Source: Tubulanus polymorphus (taxonomy: Eukaryota > Animalia > Nemertea). From it: a stretch of 64,000 nt of DNA. The notes below the pieces were generated by a model. It was not told where the DNA came from and did no database searches. It saw only the letters and a list, made by a program, of their open reading frames with translations. The position numbers were made by a program, and so were the translations under genes. Location of the stretch: the NCBI RefSeq assembly GCF_964204645.1, contig NC_134035.1, forward strand, positions 6,781,101 through 6,845,100, written 5' to 3'. Positions 24,065 to 35,760 of this stretch are shown here, one piece after another; position 1 is the first letter of the stretch; each line of letters opens with the position of its first letter.

Positions 24065-24487
24065 CTAATTAGTAAATTTATATGCTACAAATATAACAAT
24101 AACTGTTCCACCTAAAATCCAAATTATTTCATATTTCTGTTGTTCTTTACTTGGGGTATAATAATCTGATAATTTAGATTTGTATAGATGTAATTTTTCT
24201 TCATTTGTTACTGCGTTATATAAACTCATTGCATCATCAACTGATTGAAAATCTCTATGTGAAATCTTCTGATCATATAATTCCTTGTTAATATAATCCA
24301 TATAATTGTGTCTCTTTTCTCTATATTCTTCTGCTGCTTTATTATATTTTTCAAACGCTCAGTTATGTCTTTTTTGTTCTGATAACGATCCATTTTTATC
24401 AATATGCTTAAATAAATAACCACCACCAGTAAATGCTAAAGCGTTAACTATTGCTGACCCTATTATAGTTATAATTGCAGAAGCCAT
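24065..24487 (-). pseudogene. Small membrane/coiled-coil protein of the Polinton-like element (frameshifted)
   Basis: MASAIITIIGSAIVNALAFTGGGYLF, then a coiled-coil-like segment, then C-terminal TM IIWILGGTVIVIFVAYKF. Starts at TAAATG. Confidence 0.5.
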
Positions 24488-24511
24488 TTATTTAGTAAAA
24501 TAATTACGCAT

Positions 24512-24733
24512 TTATATAGGAGGAATATATTTTTGTTTTTCCAAATAATCAATAGTTAAATTAGATAAAGTAACTGCTAACGTTAATTTTAAAATATCAT
24601 TTATATCAAATCTATCAACATTAACACTTTCCATTTTAAATACTTTTTTTAATACCATTGAATAACCAACAGTTCCAACTGATAATAATGCTCCATTATA
24701 TAATTCAGTTATTATCCACTTATTATCACTCAT
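24512..24733 (-). CDS. 73-aa putative two-TM small protein of the Polinton-like element
   Basis: Intact ORF with two hydrophobic segments, a TAAATG start and tight packing against its neighbours. Confidence 0.55.
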   Translation of the reverse strand: MSDNKWIITELYNGALLSVGTVGYSMVLKKVFKMESVNVDRFDINDILKLTLAVTLSNLTIDYLEKQKYIPPI

Positions 24734-25075
24734 TTATTTATCAAAAAACTCACTATCTTCAAAATATTTAGTTATCTTAGTTATAATTATTCCAACATTT
24801 ATTTCATTACTACTTTTATGATTATCATATATTTTAGATAATATATCTTTAATATCATCGATAATTCCATCTTCATTCAATTCATAATATTCTAAATGTG
24901 TTTTAATTAAATCGATTACTTTTTCTATATTATAATTTTCTTTATTAATCATTGATGCATTGTTAAATGATTTACTTTTTATATCAGAAATTACATCATT
25001 TAGTTTAATTCTCATTTCTTTACCATGTTTAAAATCAAACCCAAAACATATACTCGGTCCTACTGTTATATTCAT
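24734..25075 (-). CDS. 113-aa hypothetical protein of the Polinton-like element
   Basis: Intact ORF with a TAAATG start; its stop abuts the next ATG. Confidence 0.5.
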   Translation of the reverse strand: MNITVGPSICFGFDFKHGKEMRIKLNDVISDIKSKSFNNASMINKENYNIEKVIDLIKTHLEYYELNEDGIIDDIKDILSKIYDNHKSSNEINVGIIITKITKYFEDSEFFDK

Positions 25076-25091
25076 TTATATAGTGAAAAAA

Positions 25092-25852
25092 TCATTCTTT
25101 ACATCTTATAACTAATTCATAAGTTACAGGGAAATTATTCAAATCAATTAAGTATCCATTATGATTTCTAATTTCTAATCTAAAATTATTAAATTTAGGA
25201 ATGCATGGTTTGAAATCACACTCAGCTAAATTATAATTTATTTGCGTTCCAAATTCTTTAACATTCTTCAATGGTAAAATGTTTAATAAACCAGAATTAC
25301 AAGTTGTATCTTTAGTTGCTTCGAATGTTTTTGTTGGATCGATTAAATTGCAATAAATATAAAAGTGTGTAAAAGGTATTAAGTTTGGTGTAGCTTCAAT
25401 ATTTGTAAAAGATTTATCTGGAGGAATTCCTAACAGTTTAGCTATAGGTTTTTTAACCATAAATTTATGTTTTTCAATATCAGCCAACCTTATCTTTATT
25501 TTGTTAGAACTCTCACTTTTTAAAAATCTAATATTAAACCCGGAATTATTACCTGACTTGTGCCAGGCTTTTCTATTAATTTCTTGTACCAATGTATCTA
25601 GATTATATAACCCTGGTTTTGAATATATATATAGGCCCATTCATTTTTATTTTTATTAAAAATAAAAAAGGCTCTATGTTCAACAGTTTTATTCGATATA
25701 TTGTAAAATGAGTTACATAAACTTATATTAACTAATTTTAAATGTACACAATTCTTAAATTCTCTATCTAATTGTACTGATAAGTTATGTGATTTATAAT
25801 TAGTAAGTCTTCTTGAATCAACAAATATTCTGTATTCTTTTAATTCTACCAT
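25092..25852 (-). pseudogene. Minor capsid (penton, single jelly-roll)-like protein, frameshifted
   Basis: IFVDSR...LSVQLDREF...LKLVNISLCNSFYNIS / GLYNLDTL...FYIYCNLID...LLNILPL...FNNFRLEIRNHNGYLIDLNNFPVTYELVIR resembles Polinton/virophage-type mCP. Split over the 84-aa and 182-aa ORFs. Confidence 0.7.
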
Positions 25853-26454
25853 TTATTTTACATATTTTCTTATTCGAAATCTATTTCATGGTGTTCTTTT
25901 CATTCTTACCTTTGTATATGAAATAGAAATCACCTGAACATAATTCTTCTAAATCTTCACTTGATAATCTATGAAATCTATCTGGTAAATATGTTCTGAA
26001 TTTATATGTATTTCCCTTTAATCCTTCATATTCTAATTGGATAACTAATTTACTATCATATCTATAGTAACTGTATCAATATTTGTAATTAGATATTTCT
26101 TATGAATTGTTAATTCTGTTAACTTCTTAAATTTATAATCTACTGATTTGACATTTGAAGTATCTTTTATTCTATCTAGATATGATTTGTTGTTCTCACT
26201 GTGTACTTGTTTGTGATTGTTCTGGTTCCATTTCAAATTTTTTTACTAAATTGATTTTAGAAGTTATTCATTTATATGTTATTCATATATATGAATATTT
26301 TAAGAGTAATAGGGAATATGGGGGTTCATATCAAAGGTTGAAGGGGCGAGTGAGTAAAAAATGAAAAAATAAATTCGAGCGAGAATTTATTTTTTCATTT
26401 TTTATGAGCTCGACCGTTCGACCTTTGGTATGAACCCCCATATTCCCTATTACT

Positions 26455-27871
26455 TCTACGTCAAAATCACTAATTGAGAAAATAGAATGCCATGCCCACA
26501 AGAGATTCTTAAGCCTCTCCCTGGCTTCGTCCACAACCGATTCCAATTTAAACAAAGCGAGGAACTGATCCTTTGAGATCGAAGCGGGAGCAGCACTCGA
26601 CGAAACAGGATTCCCTGCCTCAGACGAAGGACGCTAGCTGCACTGAAAATTGTTTACAGATATACTAGGATTAAAAACATTATCATCATTTAATTCTCTA
26701 TTTACACATTCACGTTTTACATCAATATCGCGATTCAAACTACACAGACTAACAAAGGACAGCACCGACCGGAACATTACGGCCTTCAACGTAGGGTTTT
26801 TAACACGCACAGATATTCGTCTTACTGACGCTCCTCCAGACTCCTGGGCGGAGGGAATAACCATTAAGCCTGACGGCAATTCATTGCCGAAAGAAGATGT
26901 CATAAGAAGGGACTCATAGTCGACATTTTTCTATTTTACGAGCCCACTGATGGTGGTTTCTACTCCGCTGGGAATAAAGACGGATTTGGTGGTCTCAACA
27001 ACATCCCGAAGCTCCCGAATTCGAAGATCGTGGGGTTTGCTCCTCTCGGGTGGCAGAGAAGAAAAATCTGTGATCCGGTCCAAAAAGTTGGTGCCCAAAA
27101 GTAAAAGAACCTTACGATGAAATTCAGTCGACGATAATATACAAGAGCCGGAATATCAAGATTCAAAGTGTTACATGGCACCGAAACCACCACGTAACCC
27201 GTATACGACAAAGACGAGCCATCCACCGTGGTGACTTCAATTAGATCAGTTAAAGGGTATATATGTTTCTCAGGAAGATAAGTATATACAAAGTCGTGCG
27301 ACCGGGTAGTAACCTGAGAGGCACTATCATTCAAAGCTCTACAAGTAGCGTTATTGCACTGAACCTCCACTATGTTAGCGGATCCTACAATCCGACACGA
27401 GAACTCTACTTTCTGCATCGGACGCCTGCCCTGTGGGACCACTGCCTGCCCGTTTCCCGACTCTTCTCGAAACGTTTGGTTCTTTCCTGGTGGTAAAACG
27501 AGGCTCGAACATGCCCTCCGCATATGACCATAACCACCACAATTGTGACAGTTTCCTCTGAACGACTGATGAGCGGAGAACCGTCGGACCAGATCCATAC
27601 GATCCCCTAAACTGATTTCGTCCAGCTAGGCGCGGAGTGGGAACCCCATTCCGATAGACATGTCTTTCCGCAACCTGTTTCACAGTTTTGGAAAGCTTTT
27701 CCATTTCAGCCGACAACTTTGCAAAAGCCTCCTCCCATCCCGGAGAAACCGAACCTGGAGGTTGAGGCTTTTGAACTGGAGCCTGAACTGAAGCGATGGT
27801 TTTCCTTCCAGAAACGACCTTACTGGACTCCTGTTAACATTCAGCCTTCCACGCTTCCGTGACCACGTCAT
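26455..27871 (-). pseudogene. Gypsy gag-protease region, same element as 18896-19593
   Basis: Zinc knuckle CHNCGGYGHMRRAC, degenerate protease motif CRALNDSASQVT, pre-RT segment LLWAWHSIFSISDFDV ending at the Polinton-like terminus. Confidence 0.85.
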
Positions 27872-28495
27872 AATACGAAGCTTTTGTCTGAAAAAGATAG
27901 CGGCTGGCCAGTTTCACCAGGTTAGACCTATTTCCTAGACGTGGGTCCGAGGTGTCATGGCGTCATGGGTCTGATGACATCATCAATGATTTTCAAGGTC
28001 GTGTGGAGCATCTCTACACAAATACCTAGTAAAACACCGGCATACTCTCTGTACCGCCAAAATCGATCTGCACCGATGTGGGCGGTATATCGGGGAGGGT
28101 GACTGTATCTTTTTGGTGAAATGAATTGTATTTATAAAACTACACATTGTACCTGTAATTTTATTCTATCTAAGAAAATAACTTGAAATATTTTTATTGT
28201 TAATATACATGGTCGGCATATTTGCACTTGGTACGTACATGGTATCACACTTTGTCTTCACTTTGATAATACTATTTTGACAGAAGAATATGCATTTACA
28301 TGCACATAATCAAATTTTTACCTACTGGTATGTTTTAGGTCCAAAATCGGCTCAAGGATTTCTTGTCTAAAGTCATGCATATTCTCCTGTGCAATGCGTA
28401 TTCAACAAATAGCACGAAATATGATTTGTTATTTCACCATTTTTCTGTCGTGGTCAAGTACTCTTGATCTTAAATGATGAACCAATCTCCAGAAC

Positions 28496-28680
28496 CCAGT
28501 TCTACAGTTGTCAGAGTTAACTCATTGAAAATTAACTCATTTTAGAGTTAAATCTAATTCGCAACTGTAGAACTGGACCCAGTTCCACAGTTGTGTTTTA
28601 GAGTTAACTCTGAGTTAAAGTTAGTTCATTTTCAATGACTTAACTCAGAGTTAAATCTTAGCTGGGAACTGTGGAACTGG
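28496..28680. repeat. Two adjacent short palindromic MITE-like units
   Basis: CCAGTTCTACAGTTG...CAACTGTAGAACTGG and CCAGTTCCACAG...CTGTGGAACTGG, with internal GAGTTAACTC palindromes. Confidence 0.6.
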
Positions 28681-31068
28681 ACCCCGATCCCTTAACTTGT
28701 TCCATTTATTTCATGTCACTATTTTATGCAATGATCTCAAGTATTCTTGATCCTTTCTGACCTATAGAGATGCACTATTTAGTGTTCATGGGAGAACTAA
28801 TCTACTATGCAGAACGATTTCCTATAGAGATTTGATTATTAAAATAAATTAAATATGAAATGTACGATAAATTATTTTTTCTTTGTAATTGATTGATTGG
28901 TGCCACTGTTTTTGTTTTGGGTTCTTCAAAATAAGCCCCTCGATCCACCTGAAATTCTTGTTGGAATTACCCCCTCCATATACCCCTCCCCCAAGTGGTA
29001 GCCCAAGAGCGGTAGGAGCTTGCTGAGAGGATGTTAACGGATCATTAGACAAAACAATCATTCTCACAAAATCATCTTGACAAAACAAAACATTGACAAA
29101 TTGCATTCAATTGACGCTTGCTCAACGGAAACACGTTCTCTCGGTTCACAGGGACTCATATAAGAAACAAACATGCAAACAAAACACGCTCACGCCCCAA
29201 AATTCACCAGAAACGTTGGTAGGACACAAATCCCGGGCCCCAGTTACCACGAAAATAATCGGATATCAAATTTCACAACACAGAAACAACGTACGCGAAT
29301 AAATCGTGTTACACACGGCTAAGCCAAAAATACAAAACATAACCAAATGAATATAAAGCAAGGATGGCAACTGCCACTATACAAGATTATTCGTACAAAT
29401 AACAAGAACACAAGCGAAGAAAAAATAATAATCATGCAAATAACTAAACAAATTACAGTAAATAAGAATCAATAATCGTGTCAAGCGGAGCGGACAAACT
29501 GTCGGCAAAATTCGAACAAACACCGCAACTGAACCGCTCACCTTTATTCAGGTTTACCGCACCGCCGCGCCTGAACGAACACAGGCATTCAGACTGAAAC
29601 GATTTCGCGATTTGAGACAGATGACGTCCGTAATACGGATGGCATGCATGTGAACAATTTTAAAATTTCGGCCGATATTCTTAAAACAAGATGGTACAGC
29701 ACGACCAAACTTAAAACGATATTTGCGATTCGCGACGAACGATATTTTACGATTTATATGCACACGACTGAAACTTTCACATACGTAGAACTCGCGTACC
29801 GTTACCGGATTTTCTTCACGATGCGCGCGTTTCGGCTAACTTATTGGATTTCGCTCCAATAAGCTTCAATTTCAACCCTAACGTTTTTTTAAATCTTAAA
29901 TAGGGATTGTCCCTGTTATTTAGTTGGTTGGTAGATTTTGTTTGATTTTCTGATTGAGTGTCCCTTAAAGACCCACCACACCTGCCGGGAGCGAAACAGG
30001 GGATTTGATTTTGAAATCGGAAATCGAAGTACAGAAATAGTTGTGTGATCGGCGGTCGAGTTTACATGTTTTTTGTTTTTTTTTTCGTTTAAATCGAAGT
30101 ACATGATTGGGAAATTCGGTTCCGGTTCATTCAAACAATCTTCCAACCAGTCTGAACCGGCAAGCGGCTGATTGGGGTGAAATTTTCCTGGCTGCCTAAT
30201 TTAATACATCGAAATTTTGGAATAGTTATATTACAAGGTTGAAGATCATTTGTCCATTTTTATATTTTTTTGGTCGTTTTCTGCGTGTAAATAGTCCGAT
30301 AATTTAGTTTTTTTCTGGTAGATGTTGATATAGAAAGTCCTCTAAGTTGATTGTCCCGCGTGTTGACTAGATAGAAAGGAAGCACATTTCAAAACGCAAA
30401 TTTTCCAGATGAGAATATGGTCCTTGGGTATCAGAAGTGTAGTTGTATGACATCGACGGTGCAGCTCCGATGAGGATGGGTTTCTCCGTCAAGGGGTCCG
30501 CGATCGGTACTTCACATGTGGTGCTGAGTTTGCCTAAAAGTTTTTACACGGAGAGCAGTTTTGTGTTTCTAATATACAGTGCATGGTTAGGTCTGCCGGT
30601 GCGTCGCAATCGAAGGGAGAGTACTATGCGCATTGATAGACCGTCAGTAAGAAAGCGGCACAGGCACGTGAATATTGAATACATATTTGTACACTAACGT
30701 ATATACAGTCTTGATCGGGTTTTATTTACAGTCACAATTATGTTTTTGGCAGTTTTTAATGAGGCCGACGTCAAGAGGCAACTTTTCAGTCATCATTGCG
30801 CGCAAATAGACTGAGCTATCCTGAAGCCAAAAAGGAGGCAGCTTTCCAGCTATCGCGGCAATGAGACTGAGTTTACAGTCAAAACATCAGAAACAGTAAA
30901 TTAATGCGTATGTGGTGATATAAAACAAAAAGTGGTCAGACAGTTCTATGCATATTGATAGACCGTCATCCCGGTTCGATCTAAACATAGAACATAGCTC
31001 AGGTGTCAAAGTCGGGTATGTAGGTGTATGGCCTTGGGTTTAATCATGGACGTACGTCCATGGTTTAA

Positions 31069-34000
31069 TTAATAGACTACGCTAATGGTGTCGATTGTGA
31101 ATCTGTTTACTGAATTCAGTCCGCTTGTGTCCGGATGTATAAGTATATTGTTAAGACTCCAAATATGAAGGTTTTGTTGAAGCATGATTTCTTGGTGTAG
31201 GCGATCTTTAAGTGAGTTTTTGAAATATATTATAGTGTTAATGCGGCCAGAGCCTTGGCCAGAGATTTTTGTACAAAATGGATTGTGCGAGAAATAAAAG
31301 ATAGTTTTAAGTGTGCGTTTGAAGAAATCTCTTTCTATTGTTTTAGTAATTCCTGTGTTGACGATATCCTGAGTGATATTTATAGGTGTGTTAAGTATGC
31401 GTTGAAAGATTGGTTGTATACGTGAATGTAATTGCCGTGCTTCAGTGCATGAATATACTACATGGTCATTTGTAGCCCCGCGTCCACAAATTTTACAATT
31501 TGGATCAGTTTTAATTTTCCAAAGTGAAACTGGTTTCTTGTTGAGCTTAATTTTTGGGTTGCCAAAAATAGGTTTTTGCAGAATTTCGGTAATGGTCTCA
31601 GTTGGAACTAGATTTTGTTGAAAAACTGTCCATGATTTTAATAAAATGTCTGTAATAGTCATTCATAATATTTGGTATTTCATTGTGAGTGATGTTTGAA
31701 ATATTCCAGCCTGGGCCTAGATATTTTTGCAGGTTGTAGTTGATTAGTGGTTTCCAGTGTGTAGGTTTTAAAGCGTGGTTAATGATCGTCTTAAATGCCT
31801 GTGTTTGTTGTCTGTATTTGATGCTGTGTATGTCAAGGCAGAATCCGCGTCATAATACCTCCGCCCAAAATACCTCCACCCAAATATCCCGCACCCAGAA
31901 TCCCTCCGCCCAGAATACCCTCATATGTTTCCAAAATACCTCCAGGCCCTAGATCTAATGGGTTTATGCCTGAAGGACAAAAATTAGGAACCCATTAGTA
32001 ATATAATCTTTTATAATTTGTCACCATCAAAGTTTGAATTTACAGGCCATATTCAAATAAACCAAAGTTCTGTAGTTTAAAAGTAGTTAGTTGAGCGAAA
32101 CAAAGTATAATGTTAATTTCAGTATATTGTTCGAAGATCATTGTTGCAGTTAAATGGAAATGAACTGAACTGGTGTGTATACCGAAATGTAGTACATTGT
32201 TTTCTTAGATTATAGGACTAATTAATATTCTATATTCGAAATATTGAATTTTTTCCAGAGAAATCTCGTTGTTTGTTCAAATTGGGTCGATTTGTAAATT
32301 TCCCAGCCATAACTAATTGGAAGTGAACATTGGCATTAATTGTTATTCAATTATTATTCAGTATAGGCTTATATATACCGTAATACATTATATATGATCC
32401 CATACATGTATAATAGTCAATATTGGTGGTACTTTATACATCTCAATAATAGAATTATAGTATTTCTTTTAATTCTTGGTGGAGGTATTTTGCACACATA
32501 TGAGGGTATTCTGGGTGGAGGGATTCTGGGTGTGGGATTTAGGACGGAGGTATTTTGGGCGGAGGTATTATGGGCGTATCCTGTCGAGGCCTCCATGTTC
32601 GATTTTTTGTGTCTTATGTCTTTACCGACAAGGCGTTTCCCATTGTCCCATAGGAAGTTGGTGATTTTTGGAAAAATTTCGGAAGTGTACCACAATAGAG
32701 GTAGTATAGAGAGTATATGTAAAGATAATTTAGTTTGGCGCCAAAGATTTATGATATTTTGAATTTTATTTATTTTCGGATTCCAGTTTAAATCATCAGT
32801 ATTTTCATTGCCGAAATGAATTCCATAAATTTTCATTGATTTCTTCCAATTTGAGTCTAAAGTTTTATCGTTTCTAGCTTTCCAAGATCCTATCCACATA
32901 CACTCAGTTTTATCTTTATTAATTTTTGCACCCGATGCTCTTTCAAACAGAGTTGAATTTGTAAAGACTTGATTCAATGATTCTACGTCGGTTAGACATA
33001 ATGTAGTGTCATCTGCATATTGTTTGATTTTAATTTCTGTGTCATCTGGTAGTTTTACTCCTTTGATATTTTTGTTTTCGCGTATTTTAATTGCTAATGG
33101 TTCCGCTGCTATTATGTAGAGTATTGCGCTCATGGGACATCCCTGTCTTACGCCTCTTTCTAAGGTGAAGGGTTTAGTTAAGAAGCCGTTACTTTTAATT
33201 CTGGATTTTGGATTTGAATAGCAAGTTTTGATGTATCGAAGTTTCAAACATATATTGCAAGTCAACACGATCAAAAGCTTTCATTTGATCGATGGTCACT
33301 AGAAATGCTACTAAATTATCATTATTAACGTAATCAATTAAGTCTCTTATTATATGACCATTGTCTTGAATTCGACGTCCCTTTACGCCACATGTCTGGT
33401 CTGGGTGTATTATGTCTGTTAGACAGTTAATTAATCTGTTAGCGAGAACTTTTGTGAATATTTTGTAATCTGTACATAGTAATGAGATTGGTCTCCAATT
33501 TTTCAAGTCTGTTTTGTCATTTTTCTTATGAATTAATGAAATAATACCAGTTTGCATTGATTTAGAAAGTCTATTTTCTTGTATACACGCATGTACTAAT
33601 TGTAGAAAGTCATTTTGGAGAGTATGCCAAAATATTCTATAAAATTCAATAGGTAGTCCGTCTATACCAGGGGATTTATTATTTTGGCAAGATTTGACTG
33701 AATTTGTTAATTCATCGATATCTATTTCGCAGTCATGTTGGAGTTTCTTTTGATTAGAAATTTTAGGTAGATTAGTCAGGAATAGATTTTGGGTTTCTAA
33801 ATCCGTTTCTTATTTTCTATGTAAGTCGTTATAGAATTTTAGTTGAATTTTTTCAATGTCTTTTTGACCAGTTTTAATTTCACCCAGATTATTTTTGAGA
33901 GTCCTGATGTGATTCTTTTTAGTGCGCTGTTTTTCATAATTTGCAAAGAAGGTACTTGTTTTCTCTCCAAATTCTCTCCACTCAATTTTAGATCTTATCA

Positions 34001-35760
34001 TTGCACTTCTTGCTTTTTCAATGTCGAAGTCACAGATACGCTTAGTAAGATATTCAATTTGATTTTGGTTAGTGTTTACTCCTAAATCAGAGGGTTTTTC
34101 GAGAATTAATAATTCAGATTCTAATGATTGCTTAAGATTGTTTTTAATTCTCCGGAGTTCTAATGCAAATTTTATAGATCTTTGTTTTATTTGAATTTTG
34201 CCCTCTTCCCACGATTCAATAATGGATTCATAAAACTGTTTGTGATTTTGTCATTGATTCCAAAAGTCTTTTATCATAGTGATGTAATTAGGGTTCTTAA
34301 GTACATGTCTTCGTTGAGATGCCAGTATCCCTTGCCTCGTTTGACTTGGGAAGTGTTTATTGTCAATTCGACGATCTTGTGATCGGAATGAAAAGAGTTG
34401 ATATGTTTTACCTGTTCTATGTCTGGCTGTAAAGTGTCTGATACATAGAATCGATCTATTCTTGTTTTAATGGCATTGTTATTGCGTTTTGCTACTCGAG
34501 AGAAAGCTGGTGTGTCTGGGTTTTTAAGTCTGTAAGCGTCCGCTGATCTGTTTTGTTGACATAAATTAGCTAATTGTTCCGAACCACTACGTATTGATGA
34601 ATTGACGGATGTTGAATCACGATCTATGGGACTTTCTATACAATTAAAGTCTCCAGCTATTATTGTATGCTCATTAGGGTTTATATTAAGATAATTACTG
34701 ATATTGCTTATGAAAATTTTCTTATCACGTTCCTTATTTGGGGCATATAATATGTTAACGATATTGTAAATTTGGCTGAACAGGGATATTTTCAAGGATA
34801 TCAATCTCCCTTGTCTATCTATAGTCTTATCTAAAATTGTATAGTCTAAAGATTTTCGAATACCAATGGTTACCCCACATTTTCTTTCGTTTATTATTAG
34901 ATATAATTTCAAAATCTTTCCCCAAGGGCTTAAATATTTTTTGAACTTCATAGTCATTCGATATGTGAGTTTCTTGAAGTAAAATGATATCATAGTTTTT
35001 AAGTCTTTCAAAAATGCCAAAAATTCGAGCATTCGAGTAAACTAAGCCATTTAGTGATAGTAATCTAATGCATTCTAACACATCCGCCATTTTATGTCTC
35101 ATTTGCCTACATTAGTAAAACGTTATGAATACTTCACCTTAAGTAGTTTTTTTGGTCTTTGGTTTAGTTCCATTCTTTGTTTGATTCTTTTTCTGCATTC
35201 GGACTGGTGCTGATGGTGCAGTGCTTGGTTTCACATTCTTCGTGTTCGTTTTTTGTTGGCTTCTGTACGTCGAGTATTGGTGAGCTTTCTCCTTCCGAGG
35301 GCGGCTTTGCTTTTTGTGATTTTTTTCGGAGTTTGTACCAGTTCAGTTGGGGAGGGTGGCCTCTTCCTCGACTCCTCAGTGACAACGTCCACTTTTGTCG
35401 TCGCTTCATCCTTCTCCTCCGTTGCCTCCACTGGTGTTGGGTTTCTTTTTTTCATTGATTGTAAAGAAAAAGCCTGCCGAAAGTGGAGTTGACGGCATCG
35501 ATCTGGTGTGTGGGTTGGGTGGGTACATGTAACATTGCACTCAACCCAGGTATGGTTAAATTGTCCGCATAAAGCGCAATTTTTGGGCTGTCCGTTATAG
35601 TAGACCCGTACAAGGAGTAAACCATAACGTTTGGAATCCAGAGTTATGTTTCTCGGGATTGGCGATGTAATTGCCACCTCCAGTGCGCGTTTCTCCCCGT
35701 TCTGGAAAGTTGTTTTTCCTATCGTTGGATGATAGGATCCCGTAAGAATGTTTCCATATG
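31069..35760 (-). mobile_element. Tx1/L1-clade LINE, 5'-truncated and decayed (ORF1 Zn knuckle; ORF2 APE endonuclease + RT + C-terminal Zn finger)
   Basis: ORF1 VYYNGQPKNCALCGQFNHTWVEC (35231-35760). EN ILLQETH, IIAGDFN, RIDRFY, SDH (34274-35090). RT NWRPISLLCTDYKI, DQMKAFDRV, RGVRQGCPMS, QYADD (32600-33700). CKICG...HVVYSC at about 31450. Many frameshifts. Confidence 0.93.
31840..32581. mobile_element. MULE-like MITE with 15-bp subterminal repeats inserted in LINE ORF2
   Basis: CATAATACCTCCGCCCAAAATACCTCC / GGAGGTATTTTGGGCGGAGGTATTATG inverted arrays. 9-bp TSD TGTCAAGGC/TGTCGAGGC. The LINE frame (GGLD|IHSI) resumes across it. Confidence 0.8.

Larger units (their letters stand above)
19589..26454. 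mobile_element. Internally deleted Polinton/Maverick (adintovirus)-like element with about 230-bp TIRs ending in a hairpin
   Basis: 19589-19780 is the reverse complement of about 26225-26409. The right terminus ends ...CCCTATTACT (5'-AGT). Very AT-rich, intronless, densely packed short ORFs, including a minor-capsid-like gene. Inserted into Gypsy pol; the outer ~45 bp of the left TIR is missing. No pPolB, integrase, ATPase or MCP recognised. Confidence 0.75.
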
